A stretch of 62,919 nt of DNA, filler included, from Octopus bimaculoides (GCF_001194135.2; 6 parts of 6 records of this genome joined end to end with filler, not necessarily neighbours in it); one strand, 5' to 3'. Shown: positions 11,272 to 24,149, counted from the first letter of the whole stretch. Made by a program: numbers and translations. Notes: generated by a model from the letters alone, not told the origin.

Positions 11272-11566
11272 TATTGAAAAAATCTGCTATGTTTCTCTCT
11301 CTCTATCTGTTTACAGCGTAGGTAGAAGGGGACTGAACTCATGTTTGCAAATAATGGCGATTTGTTAGAATTTATGGTTTAAAATTATTTTTAATGCAGA
11401 AATTCACGTGTTAGGAAGCAACCAAAAAAAAAAAACAAATGGCCGATTCCGGGCATTTTCGACCATGAGGAATTCCTTGGTGCGACTCCCAGGTTGTTAT
11501 ATTGTAAGGTGTGGATTTCTATAGATGCAACACACACACACACTCACAAAACGAGCTATACTATAG
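11272..11566 (+). repeat. Module A, plus-strand copy
   Basis: Inverted partner of 10286-10597. Confidence 0.9.
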
Positions 11567-11608
11567 TTATAGATAGATTATAGATGTAGATATATATGTA
11601 TATATATA

Positions 11609-12028
11609 TATGCTTTCGGTGCAAATGGTTTATTATACGACGCCGTATCTTACAATCCTGTAAATATAATAATAATGGTATTTTTATATAGCATTAAAGT
11701 TTATGGCGTTCACCGTGCAATGACTAAGGAAAATAGTCTAATAAAGGGGCATAGAAGCCCTCGACAGAAAAAAGGCTTTCCTATCCGTGTGTAAAGGTAA
11801 CACACACAGTCATGTTAACAAAGGGATGTGGATTCGCGTCCCACGCAGATGGGAAAGCCTTCTTTTTTTCTTTCGAGAGTTTATATGCTCCGTTATTAGA
11901 CTATTTTCCTTACTCGTTGTACGGTGAATGGCATAAGCTTTAAGCTTATATAAAAATACCATTATTATTATTTACAGTATTATAAAATACGGCACTGTAT
12001 AATAAAGCCATTCACACCAAAAGCATAT
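11609..12028. repeat. Foldback: arms of about 180 bp (11609-11785 and 11848-12028) around a spacer of about 60 bp
   Basis: The arms are imperfect reverse complements, e.g. tatgctttcggtg.../...caccaaaagcata and ggctttcctatc/gatgggaaagcc. Confidence 0.85.
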
Positions 12029-12029
12029 G

Positions 12030-12540
12030 TCTATATATATATAAAATTGAGAATGTATGTCTGCGTGAATCCCTAAAACTCCAGAACTACACAACCAATT
12101 TCATTCAAATTTTACACATGCCTTACTTAGGGTTCCGGTTGTGTTTTAGTCAAAAAAAATTTTAACTTCTTCCATACTTCCAGCCCACAGCAACATCATA
12201 TCTCTTCCACTATTTAATTATTACGTGTCAAAAATGAAACAAAAACACTTATGTCATTCGAACCGGAATCTCAAAAACATTGTTATTATTAAATTTATGC
12301 ATTTCTAATCAATTTGGAGATATTTGCTATCGAGTTGCAGATTTTTAACAATGCATTTGGTGATTATTTGCTTTATTTCTCGGGTAAAATTTACAACTTA
12401 GAATAAAAGAATAAAATTATTATTTCATTCAAAAATTGATGAGCTTTGCTTTTAGTGATGACTTGAAATGGTAAATATTTTTTCTAACTGTATTTGCTTG
12501 GAAAAACATACTTTTCTTTATATTAAGCAATTCATTATAA
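12030..12540 (+). mobile_element. Helitron-like 5' end, truncated by an assembly gap
   Basis: Starts TCTATATATATATAAAATTGAGAATGTATGTCTG and contains aaaactccagaactacacaaccaatttcattcaaattttacacatg, resembling 5' regions of non-autonomous invertebrate Helitrons. The preceding base is G, not the canonical A. Confidence 0.55.
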
Positions 12541-13557
12541 NNNNNNNNNNNNNNNNNNNNNNNNNNNNNNNNNNNNNNNNNNNNNNNNNNNNNNNNNNNN
12601 NNNNNNNNNNNNNNNNNNNNNNNNNNNNNNNNNNNNNNNNNNNNNNNNNNNNNNNNNNNNNNNNNNNNNNNNNNNNNNNNNNNNNNNNNNNNNNNNNNNN
12701 NNNNNNNNNNNNNNNNNNNNNNNNNNNNNNNNNNNNNNNNNNNNNNNNNNNNNNNNNNNNNNNNNNNNNNNNNNNNNNNNNNNNNNNNNNNNNNNNNNNN
12801 NNNNNNNNNNNNNNNNNNNNNNNNNNNNNNNNNNNNNNNNNNNNNNNNNNNNNNNNNNNNNNNNNNNNNNNNNNNNNNNNNNNNNNNNNNNNNNNNNNNN
12901 NNNNNNNNNNNNNNNNNNNNNNNNNNNNNNNNNNNNNNNNNNNNNNNNNNNNNNNNNNNNNNNNNNNNNNNNNNNNNNNNNNNNNNNNNNNNNNNNNNNN
13001 NNNNNNNNNNNNNNNNNNNNNNNNNNNNNNNNNNNNNNNNNNNNNNNNNNNNNNNNNNNNNNNNNNNNNNNNNNNNNNNNNNNNNNNNNNNNNNNNNNNN
13101 NNNNNNNNNNNNNNNNNNNNNNNNNNNNNNNNNNNNNNNNNNNNNNNNNNNNNNNNNNNNNNNNNNNNNNNNNNNNNNNNNNNNNNNNNNNNNNNNNNNN
13201 NNNNNNNNNNNNNNNNNNNNNNNNNNNNNNNNNNNNNNNNNNNNNNNNNNNNNNNNNNNNNNNNNNNNNNNNNNNNNNNNNNNNNNNNNNNNNNNNNNNN
13301 NNNNNNNNNNNNNNNNNNNNNNNNNNNNNNNNNNNNNNNNNNNNNNNNNNNNNNNNNNNNNNNNNNNNNNNNNNNNNNNNNNNNNNNNNNNNNNNNNNNN
13401 NNNNNNNNNNNNNNNNNNNNNNNNNNNNNNNNNNNNNNNNNNNNNNNNNNNNNNNNNNNNNNNNNNNNNNNNNNNNNNNNNNNNNNNNNNNNNNNNNNNN
13501 NNNNNNNNNNNNNNNNNNNNNNNNNNNNNNNNNTATATATATATATATATATATATA

Positions 13558-13877
13558 TGTGCTTACTATAGCCTCAGGCTGAACAAAGTTTTGAGTGGAT
13601 TTCTTACTCGGGAACTGAAAGAAGGCCGTCGTATATATGTGTATATTTGTGTATGTGTGTGCCTGTATCTTGTGTTTGTACCCCCACCATTGCTTGACAA
13701 CTGATGTTGCTGTGTTTACATTCCTGTAACTTAGCGGTTTGGTAAAAGACACTGACACAATGACTACTAGACTTACAAAGAATAAATCCTGTGGTTGATT
13801 TCTTCCACCAACAACGGTGCTCCACCATGGCCATAGTCACATGACAGAAACAAGTAAAGCAATAAAATCTATGCCAT
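13558..13877 (+). mobile_element. Headless SINE A body plus flank, inverted copy of 10672-10997
   Basis: Shares the derived junction atg(t)gcttact[a/t]tagcctcaggctg and the non-SINE flank aaagcaataaaatctatgccatt with the minus-strand copy. Confidence 0.85.
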
Positions 13878-13878
13878 T

Positions 13879-14280
13879 ATGAATCGAAAAGGAGTGATGT
13901 TTCATCAGGACAATGCGCGACCCCACACTGCAAAGATCACATCACAGATGATCGAAGAACTTGGTTGGGAAAAAATTCCTCATCCACCCTATTCTCCCGG
14001 CCTTGCTTCTTCAGACTACCATTTGTTTCGTAGTTTACAGAATCATTTGGGGGACGTAACTTTCGTAAGCCAGGAGGTCAAAACTGACATTTCAGAGTTC
14101 TTTGCTTTGAAACCAAAAGAGTTTTGCATTGATGGGATTAAAAAGCTTGTAAATAGATGGAAAGAAGTCATAGATAATCAGGGAAAGTACATTGATGATT
14201 AAATTTCAATTAAATATAACAGTTGATCACTTGTTTTCTTTTATTCAAAATTCGGACGGAACTTATGGGATGACCTGATA
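13879..14280 (+). mobile_element. Mariner (DD34D-type) 3' fragment: transposase C-terminus (13879-14202) and right TIR (about 14251-14280)
   Basis: FHQDNARPHT...HPPYSPGLASSDYHLFRSLQNHL...GKYIDD*. The end cggaacttatgggatgacctgata is the reverse complement of a mariner-type TIR (TATCAGGTCATCCCATAAG). Confidence 0.9.
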
Positions 14281-14467
14281 TTTACTAATGCATCTCCTTC
14301 CTACACATATGTTGGTCTTTGTGAATTGCCTTGGTTATGAATACAATGCAATGCTGGCAACAATACCAGCTGCTGACCCATCAGCCTCTTATCTTGTATC
14401 TTATCAGTTCAGCCAATGTGTTACTCTTTGATTCTAGAACAGCCTTCATTGACGTATGAGGAAAGCA

Positions 14468-16000
14468 GTCATCATCATTTAGTGTCCGTTGTCCATGCTG
14501 GCATGGGTTGGACAGTATGACCTGGGCTGGCATGCTGCATAAGGCTCCAGTCTGTTTCGGCAGGGTTTCTATGGCTGGATGCCCTTCCTAACACTTACTC
14601 CCAAAGTGTAATGGATGCTTTTACAAGCCATCAACACAGGTGCCATTTACATGACACCAGTATCTGCCACAACAGTGGTTTTACCTGGCTTGATGGGTCT
14701 TCTTCTCAAGCACAACGTAATGCCATAGGTGTCAGTCATTGCCTCTGTGAGGCCCAACATTCAGAAGGGGCTCAGACACTTTGTCCCCATGAGGATCAAC
14801 GTTTGAAAGGTGCTTTTTACGTACCACATGCACAGGTGCCAGTTACCTGACACCAGCATCAGCCATGACTGCGATTTCACTTGGCTTGATGGGTTTTCTC
14901 AATACCTGCATATTACCAAATGCCTCAGTTACAAGTCATGCTTCACCATCTCATCCCACATCTTCCTGGGTCTACCTTTATCACAGGTTCCCTCCACAGT
15001 TAGACATCGGCACTTCTTTACACAGCTGTCCCTGTTCATATGCATCACATGGCCATACCAGCATATTCGTCTGTCTTGTACACCACATCTGATGTCTCTT
15101 GTGCCTAACGTTTCTCTCGAGATACTCTCACTCTGTCATACATGCACACTGACATTGCACGTCCAGCGAAGCAGACTGACTTCATTTCTTTCAATCCTAC
15201 GCATGTCCTCAGATGTCACAGCCCATGTTTCATTTTTATGCAGCATAGCAGTTCACACACAGGCTTCATACAATCTGCCTTTCACTCTGAGAGGCCCTTT
15301 GTTGCCAGCAGAGGTAGGAGCTCTCAAAACTTTTCCCAGCCTAATCTTATTCTGATAGCTATGCTCTCGGAGCATCCACCTCGGCTACTAACTTGATCAT
15401 CTAGGTAACGGAAGCTATTGACTACTTCTAGTTTTCCCCACTGGCATGTGATGAAATCTATTTTCTGTTCATTTTCACTGCTTATTGTACTTGTGCACAT
15501 TCCACACACAAAACCTATCTTCCCAGTTAACTTCCTCTGATATTGCTGCACCTTTTATGTTTCCAAAGCTTACACCAAGTGCATTTTACAGAATTACTAC
15601 CTACACCTTTTCTACAGATTGAGTAGGGCCATCTACCTGAAGAGATTTGTGATGTGTCTGCCTTCCTACTTACTAAGACTTTGGTTTTTGCTTGGTTAAC
15701 TCTAAGGTCCTTTGATTCTAGACCTTGTTTCCATACATGGAACTTCTTCTCTAGCTATAAGAGCAAGATCATCAGTATAGAGGAGCTCCCAAAAGCAGCC
15801 TGTCTTAAATTCCTCTGTTATTGTCTGGGGGGACTATGATGCACAAAGAGGAGCTTAGGAGCAATCCTTGATGAACCCCTACTTGTACTCTGAATTCTTC
15901 TCTGTACTCATTTCCAGTTCTCCCCTTACTGGTAACATCTCTGTACATGGCTTGTACAGTTCTCACCAGCCACTTGTCTATCCTTAGTTTTTGCATTGAC
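14468..16000 (-). mobile_element. 5'-truncated RTE-like LINE: decayed RT and C-terminus (16000-14900) plus 3' UTR (14900-14468)
   Basis: KLRIDKWLVRTVQAMY...FRVQVGVHQG, LEVVNSFRYLDDQVSSRGGCSESIAIRIRLGWEKF, and WYGHVMHM...GRPRKMWDEMVKHDL. The UTR ends in the (GAT)n tail shared with SINE B. Confidence 0.9.
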
Positions 16001-16398
16001 CATCAGAACCCACGACGAAGCTCACCAAGACATGAACAATAGCTAAGTCATTCCTATTTTTCATATATTATCCCTTCTGATGCGCTCCCCATCCACCACC
16101 CCACTTCGTTCTCTCTAACTATACATTTATGTCTTGAATTCATGATTATTTATGTATTTTTTCTCTATCTCACGAGATCTATTGTCTTCGCATCTACTTG
16201 CTGAAGTTTTTGCTCCTTAGCCCAAACCTGACTGAAATTTGTCTCTAACTCCCCTTAAAAATTACGATTTTTAACTCTCATTTCTGTTACCGATCTAAAC
16301 ATTTAATCTCACGTTTTAAACACTGCTGTGTTTCTTTCAACTTTTTCCTAAAAACCTAACGAATTGACCAGCATCATGTACTGCTGCCGATTCTCCCT

Positions 16399-16498
16399 NN
16401 NNNNNNNNNNNNNNNNNNNNNNNNNNNNNNNNNNNNNNNNNNTTAATTAATTAANNNNNNNNNNNNNNNNNNNNNNNNNNNNNNNNNNNNNNNNNNNN
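16399..16498. other. Artificial scaffold join N44-TTAATTAATTAA-N44
   Basis: Exactly 100 bp. The 12-mer (16443-16454) is palindromic and has stop codons in all six frames. Confidence 0.95.
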
Positions 16499-16552
<54 letters not shown>

Positions 16553-16659
16553 CATATATGCTTTTATCAGTTTCAGCTTTCATGTTGTGGCCATTCGGGG
16601 ACACCACCATTAGCTCTGCTACATTTTCAGTACTTGAAACCTTTTCTGACATGTGATAT

Positions 16660-17075
16660 TCAAGGAATAAGTGATTTGGGTGTTGCTCCCTTATCTGTGC
16701 TTCGTGTTACGAGGTGGGTTCTTCCGGGACTGTTGATAGAAACAGATCCAGTTCTGTTTTGAAAACACCTTCAGCCACCCTATATAGGTCTGTCAGTCAT
16801 TTTGGAAGGATATTGAAAAGCTGTGTGTCCTTGAAACTCAAGGTTTTGCACTATCTGGTCGCATTTTCTGACGTCAGTGTTGGGATCTTTGGCACTTTAC
16901 AGTGGTTTTTCTTGTAACAGTGCTGTTTCTTGTAACTTTCAGCTTTCAAGACCTTCCAGTTTTCCAGGCGTATATCAATGCATACTTGTTCCGCATTCGT
17001 TTTAGGGAGTAAAGTCTTCACTGTTCCGGTCTGTTCCCGTAGCTGACATATCACATTGAGACGGTCTTCTTTGTG
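16660..17075 (-). mobile_element. CR1/L2-like LINE, decayed ORF2 C-terminus
   Basis: RLYSLKRMRNKYALIYAWK...TQLFNILPK*LTDLYRVAEGVFKTELDLFLSTVPEEPTS; homologous to 38310-38598. Confidence 0.8.
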
Positions 17076-17683
17076 TAGCTTCGCAAGATTGCTTCAACTT
17101 CTGTTAAATTTACACTGCGCGTGTGTGTGTGTACATACACAATTTTATACAAATATAAAAATTCAATAACCAGTTATTTCCACATTCATGTGAAATAACA
17201 ACAGTGATCTAATTCCTGGTATCAATAGGAACTGTGATCTACATATGGAAAAATATGATTGTTTGCAGTTAGCTCTTGGTTAACGTTTTTTTTTTCATAA
17301 ATGGTCAGTTCTAAGAGGCATTTCGACTCTGTCCATCAAGATTTTTTCACATCGTCCATTAGCGTCATTTGAAGGTGATGTGGTTTTTGACAAGTCGAGA
17401 ACTCAGTTAAATTCTCATTGTTGGTTTGATGTTATCAACATAATAAATGGAGAACATCTTGATGTATGTGTCCTTTCATACCTATGCATCTTTTGTTCGA
17501 GAATATATCACGAATATCTATTAAAGCTGCAAGCACAAATGTCACTTCCAACTGCGTTATACATATACACAGGCATAAAATACAATACACATGCACACAT
17601 ACACACATACATACACAAACACATGCACATCTCTCTCTATATATGTATACATATGTTTGGGTTGATATATATATACGTGTATA

Positions 17684-17749
<66 letters not shown>

Positions 17750-17785
17750 CACACACATATATATATACATGTATACTTGCATACA

Positions 17786-17821
<36 letters not shown>

Positions 17822-17860
17822 TGCATGCATACATACATACATACATACGTACATATATAT

Positions 17861-17891
<31 letters not shown>

Positions 17892-17892
17892 G

Positions 17893-18045
17893 TTGGAATT
17901 TACAAAAACACAAAAGACGAAGACAGGTGTATAAACAACAAACTTGTATTAGATTAACGCTCGGGAAGATGAGAAGGTCTTTTACGTTTCAAGCCTACGG
18001 TCTTCAACTGAAAGGATCACGACGAAATAAGCAGAGGGAGAATAT
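17893..18045 (-). mobile_element. Probable Penelope-like terminal repeat fragment with a decayed hammerhead-like motif
   Basis: The minus strand reads cttt-CAGTTGAAGA-ccgtaggctt-GAAACGTA-aaag, the layout typical of PLE termini. Confidence 0.4.
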
Positions 18046-18556
18046 ATATATATATATATATATGCGTGTGTATTTACTTGTATGTATGTAAATGCGTACA
18101 TTTGCATGTACTCGTGTTATGTTTGTATATATTTTATTCCATAAGTACAGGTCTGTGTCAAAGTGGCAAGGCGTATTTGATGTTGTTTCAATCAAGACGG
18201 TTCCAGGGATGTGTAAGTCACATATTACATATACATATATCCATATAAATACACAGATACACTCAGGTATGCGCATGTGTATATCCGAAGATGCGTATTG
18301 TAAATGTATGTATGTATAGTGTGTGCAATGCTATTGTATGTAAGTTTGCCTGCATGTATATATGTGTGTATGACTGGATGAATGGATGGATGACTAAATG
18401 GTGAATGGCTGGTTGCATGTATGTATGGGCTCTCCCTTCCTGGTGTACATGTACATCTGATGCTTTTCTGGCCAACTGAGCAATGTGATGCCTATAAAAT
18501 CAGTATATCTAAAAACAAAAAAAAATCTATATGACGATGTGTGTGTATGTATCTAT

Positions 18557-18592
<36 letters not shown>

Positions 18593-18668
18593 GCACACAT
18601 ACATATATATACATTATACATATATATATATATATAAGTATGTGTGCATGGGCATGTGTTTGTATTTG

Positions 18669-18700
<32 letters not shown>

Positions 18701-18992
18701 TATACATAGATATACATACTTACATATATATANNNNNNNNNNNNNNNNNNNNNNNNNNNNNNNNNNNNNNNNNNNNNNNNNNNNNNNNNNNNNNNNNNNN
18801 NNNNNNNNNNNNNNNNNNNNNNNNNNNNNNNNNNNNNNNNNNNNNNNNNNNNNNNNNNNNNNNNNNNNNNNNNNNNNNNNNNNNNNNNNNNNNNNNNNNN
18901 NNNNNNNNNNNNNNNNNNNNNNNNNNNNNNNNNNNNNNNNNNNNNNNNNNNNNNNNNNNNNNNNNNNNNNNNNNNNNNNNNNNNNNNNNNNN

Positions 18993-19023
<31 letters not shown>

Positions 19024-21568
19024 GACGCCTGTGTACGTCTGCATGTATGTGTGTGTGCTTGAATAACTAATTCTTTTATAACTAACAATATTGGATGAAG
19101 ATATTAAATATTAATACACGCTTACATTAATATTAACTAGCAAAGCAACGTAGAATATACAGCTATATGCAAAAGAAGGCAACAGCTTTTTCAAGTCCAG
19201 TAAACGCATATAAGCACATAACTGTATACATACAAGCACGCACTGACACACCTACATATACATGAATCGGCACCTACATTCATATAAAAACACGCATGCG
19301 CACACACACACATAATTGTATGTATATATGTATTTATGTGCGTGTATAAATATATTTGTCTCTGTGCTTATATATGTGTTATGTGGGTTATATCAAAAAC
19401 TCTACTATACCCCACTTTCGCTGTTTTTAATAAAGTTTTCTCGTATCTGCTTAACTGACATTTATACTTCGTCTTTTTCCATTGTTTCCATGCCATCGCA
19501 GTCTTCGTCTTCAGGAAGTGGTGTATCGGCTTCTTTATTTCTCCATTTACAATGGACAGGTTACGCTTACTGGGACTAACCTGACAGAATTTAATCGCAA
19601 GAATTACGACTTGATCCTCCGCTAAATCTTCACGCAATGTTTCTATACTCTATTTTTTTTTTTTAAATCCAATATATCTCTTTCGTTTTTAAGAACTGTT
19701 GCATATGATATGAAAGAAAGAGTTGTTTTACCATATCCAGCATGTTCGGCTACCACACAGATGCTCTCCCATGGTTTTCGATGGTGATATTTATTTCGCT
19801 GTTGATACCCTTCTTTTATTATGAGAGTTGAGTGAAAATTTAAATGAGAAATCGCTGCTATTTCATTCCAGTTCTGTGACTGTCGAACCTCTTTACTTAT
19901 TGGCTTGTTGAAACCTTTCTAATCATTGTATTGAGAATGGGTGAGAATATATGTACATGTATGAGTCTGTGTATGAGTACATTTCTACATATGTGTATGT
20001 ATGTTTGTGTATATTTTATGGATTGAAAATATTTTTGATACATATTTTCTTCCCTCAAATTTTAATAACTAAAATTTAATTTTGTCTTTCAATCTATCTA
20101 GTAAAACTATAAAAAACCCAACCAAGCAAACTATATATATATATACAGATTATAAATACATACATGAGTTGTTACATGATTTCGTACATATATATGTATG
20201 ATGTATATATGTATGTATACTCATGCACAGACGTACAAATGTTAAATTTGGATTAATTTTAAAATCTACCTTAGGATTAACAAAGGAAAATTCATTCAGA
20301 GAAACGTCATATTTTTTGTAAAAGTTCAAACTGACACGTTGAACAAGATGATAGTCGAAAATTGGAATCCCAGTTTACATACTTGGGCTGTGTGTACATG
20401 CACTAGCATACACACGCATGCACACGCATAAACACATGGATGTGTATGTATGATTGTGAATGTACGTGTATAATCACGCATACATTGTCTTTTACATATG
20501 TACATACAAACACTCATGCACACAGTAACACACAAGCTCATACAAACACTCATGCACACAGTAACACACAAGCTCATACACAAAGAGTTATGTGTACAAA
20601 TGAAGTGTACAATTAAACATTAAAAACACCTTATATGCAATGCATATATTCGCATTCTGCTGTTGTGTCTCTTTGGAAATTTACGTAAATAAGTGTTTCT
20701 CACTGAAACCGTACGCTAGTATAAGAACCATTCCATAATACAGCTGAATCTGTTTCAACTTACGATTTCACTTCAAGAATCTTGCAAAGCAAATCTAAAA
20801 ACGAAACTTTAAAATTTATGATTTTCGGATTTACAAAATCTATAGTAATAGTTGTTCTGAAAAAGATGTCATCCACAATTTTGTTAGTCTGATTAATATA
20901 TCAAAATAAACAAGAGTTTGTTTTATATTTTTTCTACGTTTTAACTTTAAAACATTAATTTTCTTTTTAAGATCTTTTTTTATATTTTATGTAAAGGTTG
21001 CTAATAACCTCTTGCTTGTTCTGCAATGTGTACCGAACACTAATTCAAAGAGACTGAGAAACACTGAAAGTTTCAAATAAAAATATAATGTTTACATGAT
21101 ATTCCAGACACATTTCATGTATAAACGTCCGGGTTTTTCTGTGAGTCAATGTATGTGAGTGTTTGTGTGTATGTGTGTGTGTGTGTGAGTGTGTGTCTAA
21201 GAGTGAGCGTGCATACATTTGGGTATCTATGCGTGCGTCTACTTGCATATATATATATATATATATATATANNNNNNNNNNNNNNNNNNNNNNNNNNNNN
21301 NNNNNNNNNNNNNNNNNNNNNNNNNNNNNNNNNNNNNNNNNNNNNNNNNNNNNNNNNNNNNNNNNNNNNNNNNNNNNNNNNNNNNNNNNNNNNNNNNNNN
21401 NNNNNNNNNNNNNNNNNNNNNNNNNNNNNNNNNNNNNNNNNNNNNNNNNNNNNNNNNNNNNNNNNNNNNNNNNNNNNNNNNNNNNNNNNNNNNNNNNNNN
21501 NNNNNNNNNNNNNNNNNNNNNNNNNNNNNNNNNNNNNNNNNNNNNNNNNNNNNNNNNNNNNNNNNNNN

Positions 21569-21600
<32 letters not shown>

Positions 21601-22355
21601 CATATACACTATCAGGCAAAAGCACACATGCATAATGCTCACTTGCCTATCACCATCACACATACACCTAAGCACAACACATCCACTCAGAAACCCACAT
21701 CATTGGTATTTCATTTGTACCTAACGTACCCGTGTACCTTATGTACATGTAATTAATCTCGAGGTGATAGGTTTATTGATTTCATTACTGTCTTCTTACA
21801 TATTAAATATTAATTTCAGATTAATATTGTGTAGGATACCATATGTGTTAAATAAAGGATTGTAAGTGAGTGAGAGCATCAGTGTGTGTCTGTGTGTGCT
21901 ATATATGTGAGTCGGTTTTAGTGTTTGCGTATGATTTAAGGGAATTTTATGAAGCTAGTGAATGCGCCAATGTACAATTTGCTATAAATATTTTTTAGAA
22001 AAATAAAGAAAAGTAAGAATAATTATATTGTCGAAGAGACAAAGAAGGACTGAAATATTGATATAGAAACAAATGGCAGAAAAATGTCTATATGATGGAG
22101 AGAAGAAGAAAGTGAGTGAAACAGAAAGAGGGATAGCGAAATAGAGTGAGTGATACCGACAGAGTGAGGTGTAAAAAGAAAAAAAAGAAAGACAAAGGCA
22201 ATGTTTTGATGATTGCAAAGAAATCAACGAGTTAATTAGTATTGTTTCGCATATCAATGCCGAAGTCAATTATTCTAAGATGCACGTTCACAAGAAAGAT
22301 TGCAATATAAAGATGTTGTAAAAATATGCATGATACATACATGCATACATTCTTG

Positions 22356-22433
<78 letters not shown>

Positions 22434-22787
22434 NNNNNNNNNNNNNNNNNNNNNNNNNNNNNNNNNNNNNNNNNNNNNNNNNNNNNNNNNNNNNNNNNNN
22501 NNNNNNNNNNNNNNNNNNNNNNNNNNNNNNNNNNNNNNNNNNNNNNNNNNNNNNNNNNNNNNNNNNNNNNNNNNNNNNNNNNNNNNNNNNNNNNNNNNNN
22601 NNNNNNNNNNNNNNNNNNNNNNNNNNNNNNNNNNNNNNNNNNNNNNNNNNNNNNNNNNNNNNNNNNNNNNNNNNNNNNNNNNNNNNNNNNNNNNNNNNNN
22701 NNNNNNNNNNNNNNNNNNNNNNNNNNNNNNNNNNNNNNNNNNNNNNNNNNNNNNNNNNNNNNNNNNNNNNNNNNNNNNNNNNNNNNN

Positions 22788-22839
<52 letters not shown>

Positions 22840-24149
22840 TGTGTTTGTGTGTGTGTGTGTGCTGCAACTGCCTTGTTTTCATAGAGTATCTGTTTTTGTT
22901 CAACCTCAATGAAGACAATAAATATAAATACAAATTTAAATCAGAACAATTTTTTTACCATAAAAAAAAGATTTTACCTATTCGTCAATATTTTAATATG
23001 TTATTAAATGTAAAAGATGTAACAAACATTACGTAGGTCTAACAAAACTCAGAATTAGTAATAAACTTACTATTCCTAGACAACAAATACGAGACCCCAG
23101 TACAAGGCAGATACCACTTAGTAGATAGATAAACACATGTGCAAAAAACATAAGTCTCCCAAGTTCCAAGTCTTTTCACTCTACCTTCGTTCGGTGAATA
23201 GCACAGACCAAATACAGTTAAACAAAGAAAATATATTAACAAAAAGCAGAAACCAAGACCGAATATACTTCGACAAACTACGTTCACGAACAACTAATCA
23301 CACACCAACTTATTCTACTACTTGACATGTTGTATTTATACAGCTAACAATCGAAACTTGGGACACAATCATGACTGCTAACTAGCAGATTCTACATGTA
23401 CATAAGTGTTGAATATTTAGAAAAAAGATATTTAATAGCTAAATTTGATGCCTGCATACATAGACACAAACCATAACTATTCAGTCACTAAGCTACATAA
23501 AACCATTCCGGGTCACTTTACGACTCGACAGATTAAATTTAGAGAAGCTTACTGCGGGACTGTCACTAGACGTGTTCATTCAACTGTGCCAGCCTTGATT
23601 ATCGGTGAAGAAAACATAGTCTCATTTTAATGCACGGGAAACATACAAACATTTCTAAGATTACTACGAATCACGACATCTTCTACTACATTTCACAGAT
23701 AAAATGCAGATAGCCTTATTCGCTAGATATTGTCACTAGACATATTCACTCAACCGTGACAGCTTTAACTAACGGCGACAAACATATTGACACATGGCAT
23801 TAAAGGACGGATGTAGCGGGGAACTTACAAAAATTTCTAAACCTGATCACGTGATCATCCTCGACTAATCAAAGCGCATTCAAGACAGATATTAATTTGA
23901 GACATGTTCTCCCTGTAAAAACAAGTTGGTTTTGAATTCCAATCAGAAGCATAACTCCACGTCTTTCTGTCTCAATTTTCAAAACTAGAAAAAAAATATG
24001 TGAAAGCAGTTACGTCTTAAAAAAATTTTAAATAGAGAATCTAAACACACCCCAGTGCATTTTCAACTTCTTTTTTCTGCATGATATGTATAATATCTAG
24101 CAGAACAGGGTTAATAGTAACTTCGAAGTTTGACATTTATACGATATAT

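Noticed and set aside
12468-13758. Long ORFs of 100-400 aa made mostly of X (also near 8.2, 18.6, 21.2, 22.3, 28.3, 44.2, 47.3 and 54.1 kb)
   Set aside because: They are open only because N gaps contain no stop codons.
13879-14202. SETMAR-like host gene
   Set aside because: Only a 5'-truncated mariner C-terminus with a TIR; no SET domain and no exon structure.
17380-18710. Many overlapping ORFs rich in YI, HT, CV or MYVC repeats (also 25-26, 38-40, 43 and 46 kb)
   Set aside because: Translations of (TA)n, (CA)n and (TACA)n microsatellites, which lack stops in some frames.
20503-20580. 36-bp tandem duplication
   Set aside because: Slippage within CA-rich low-complexity DNA; the same applies to the GA-rich duplications at 56690-56900.
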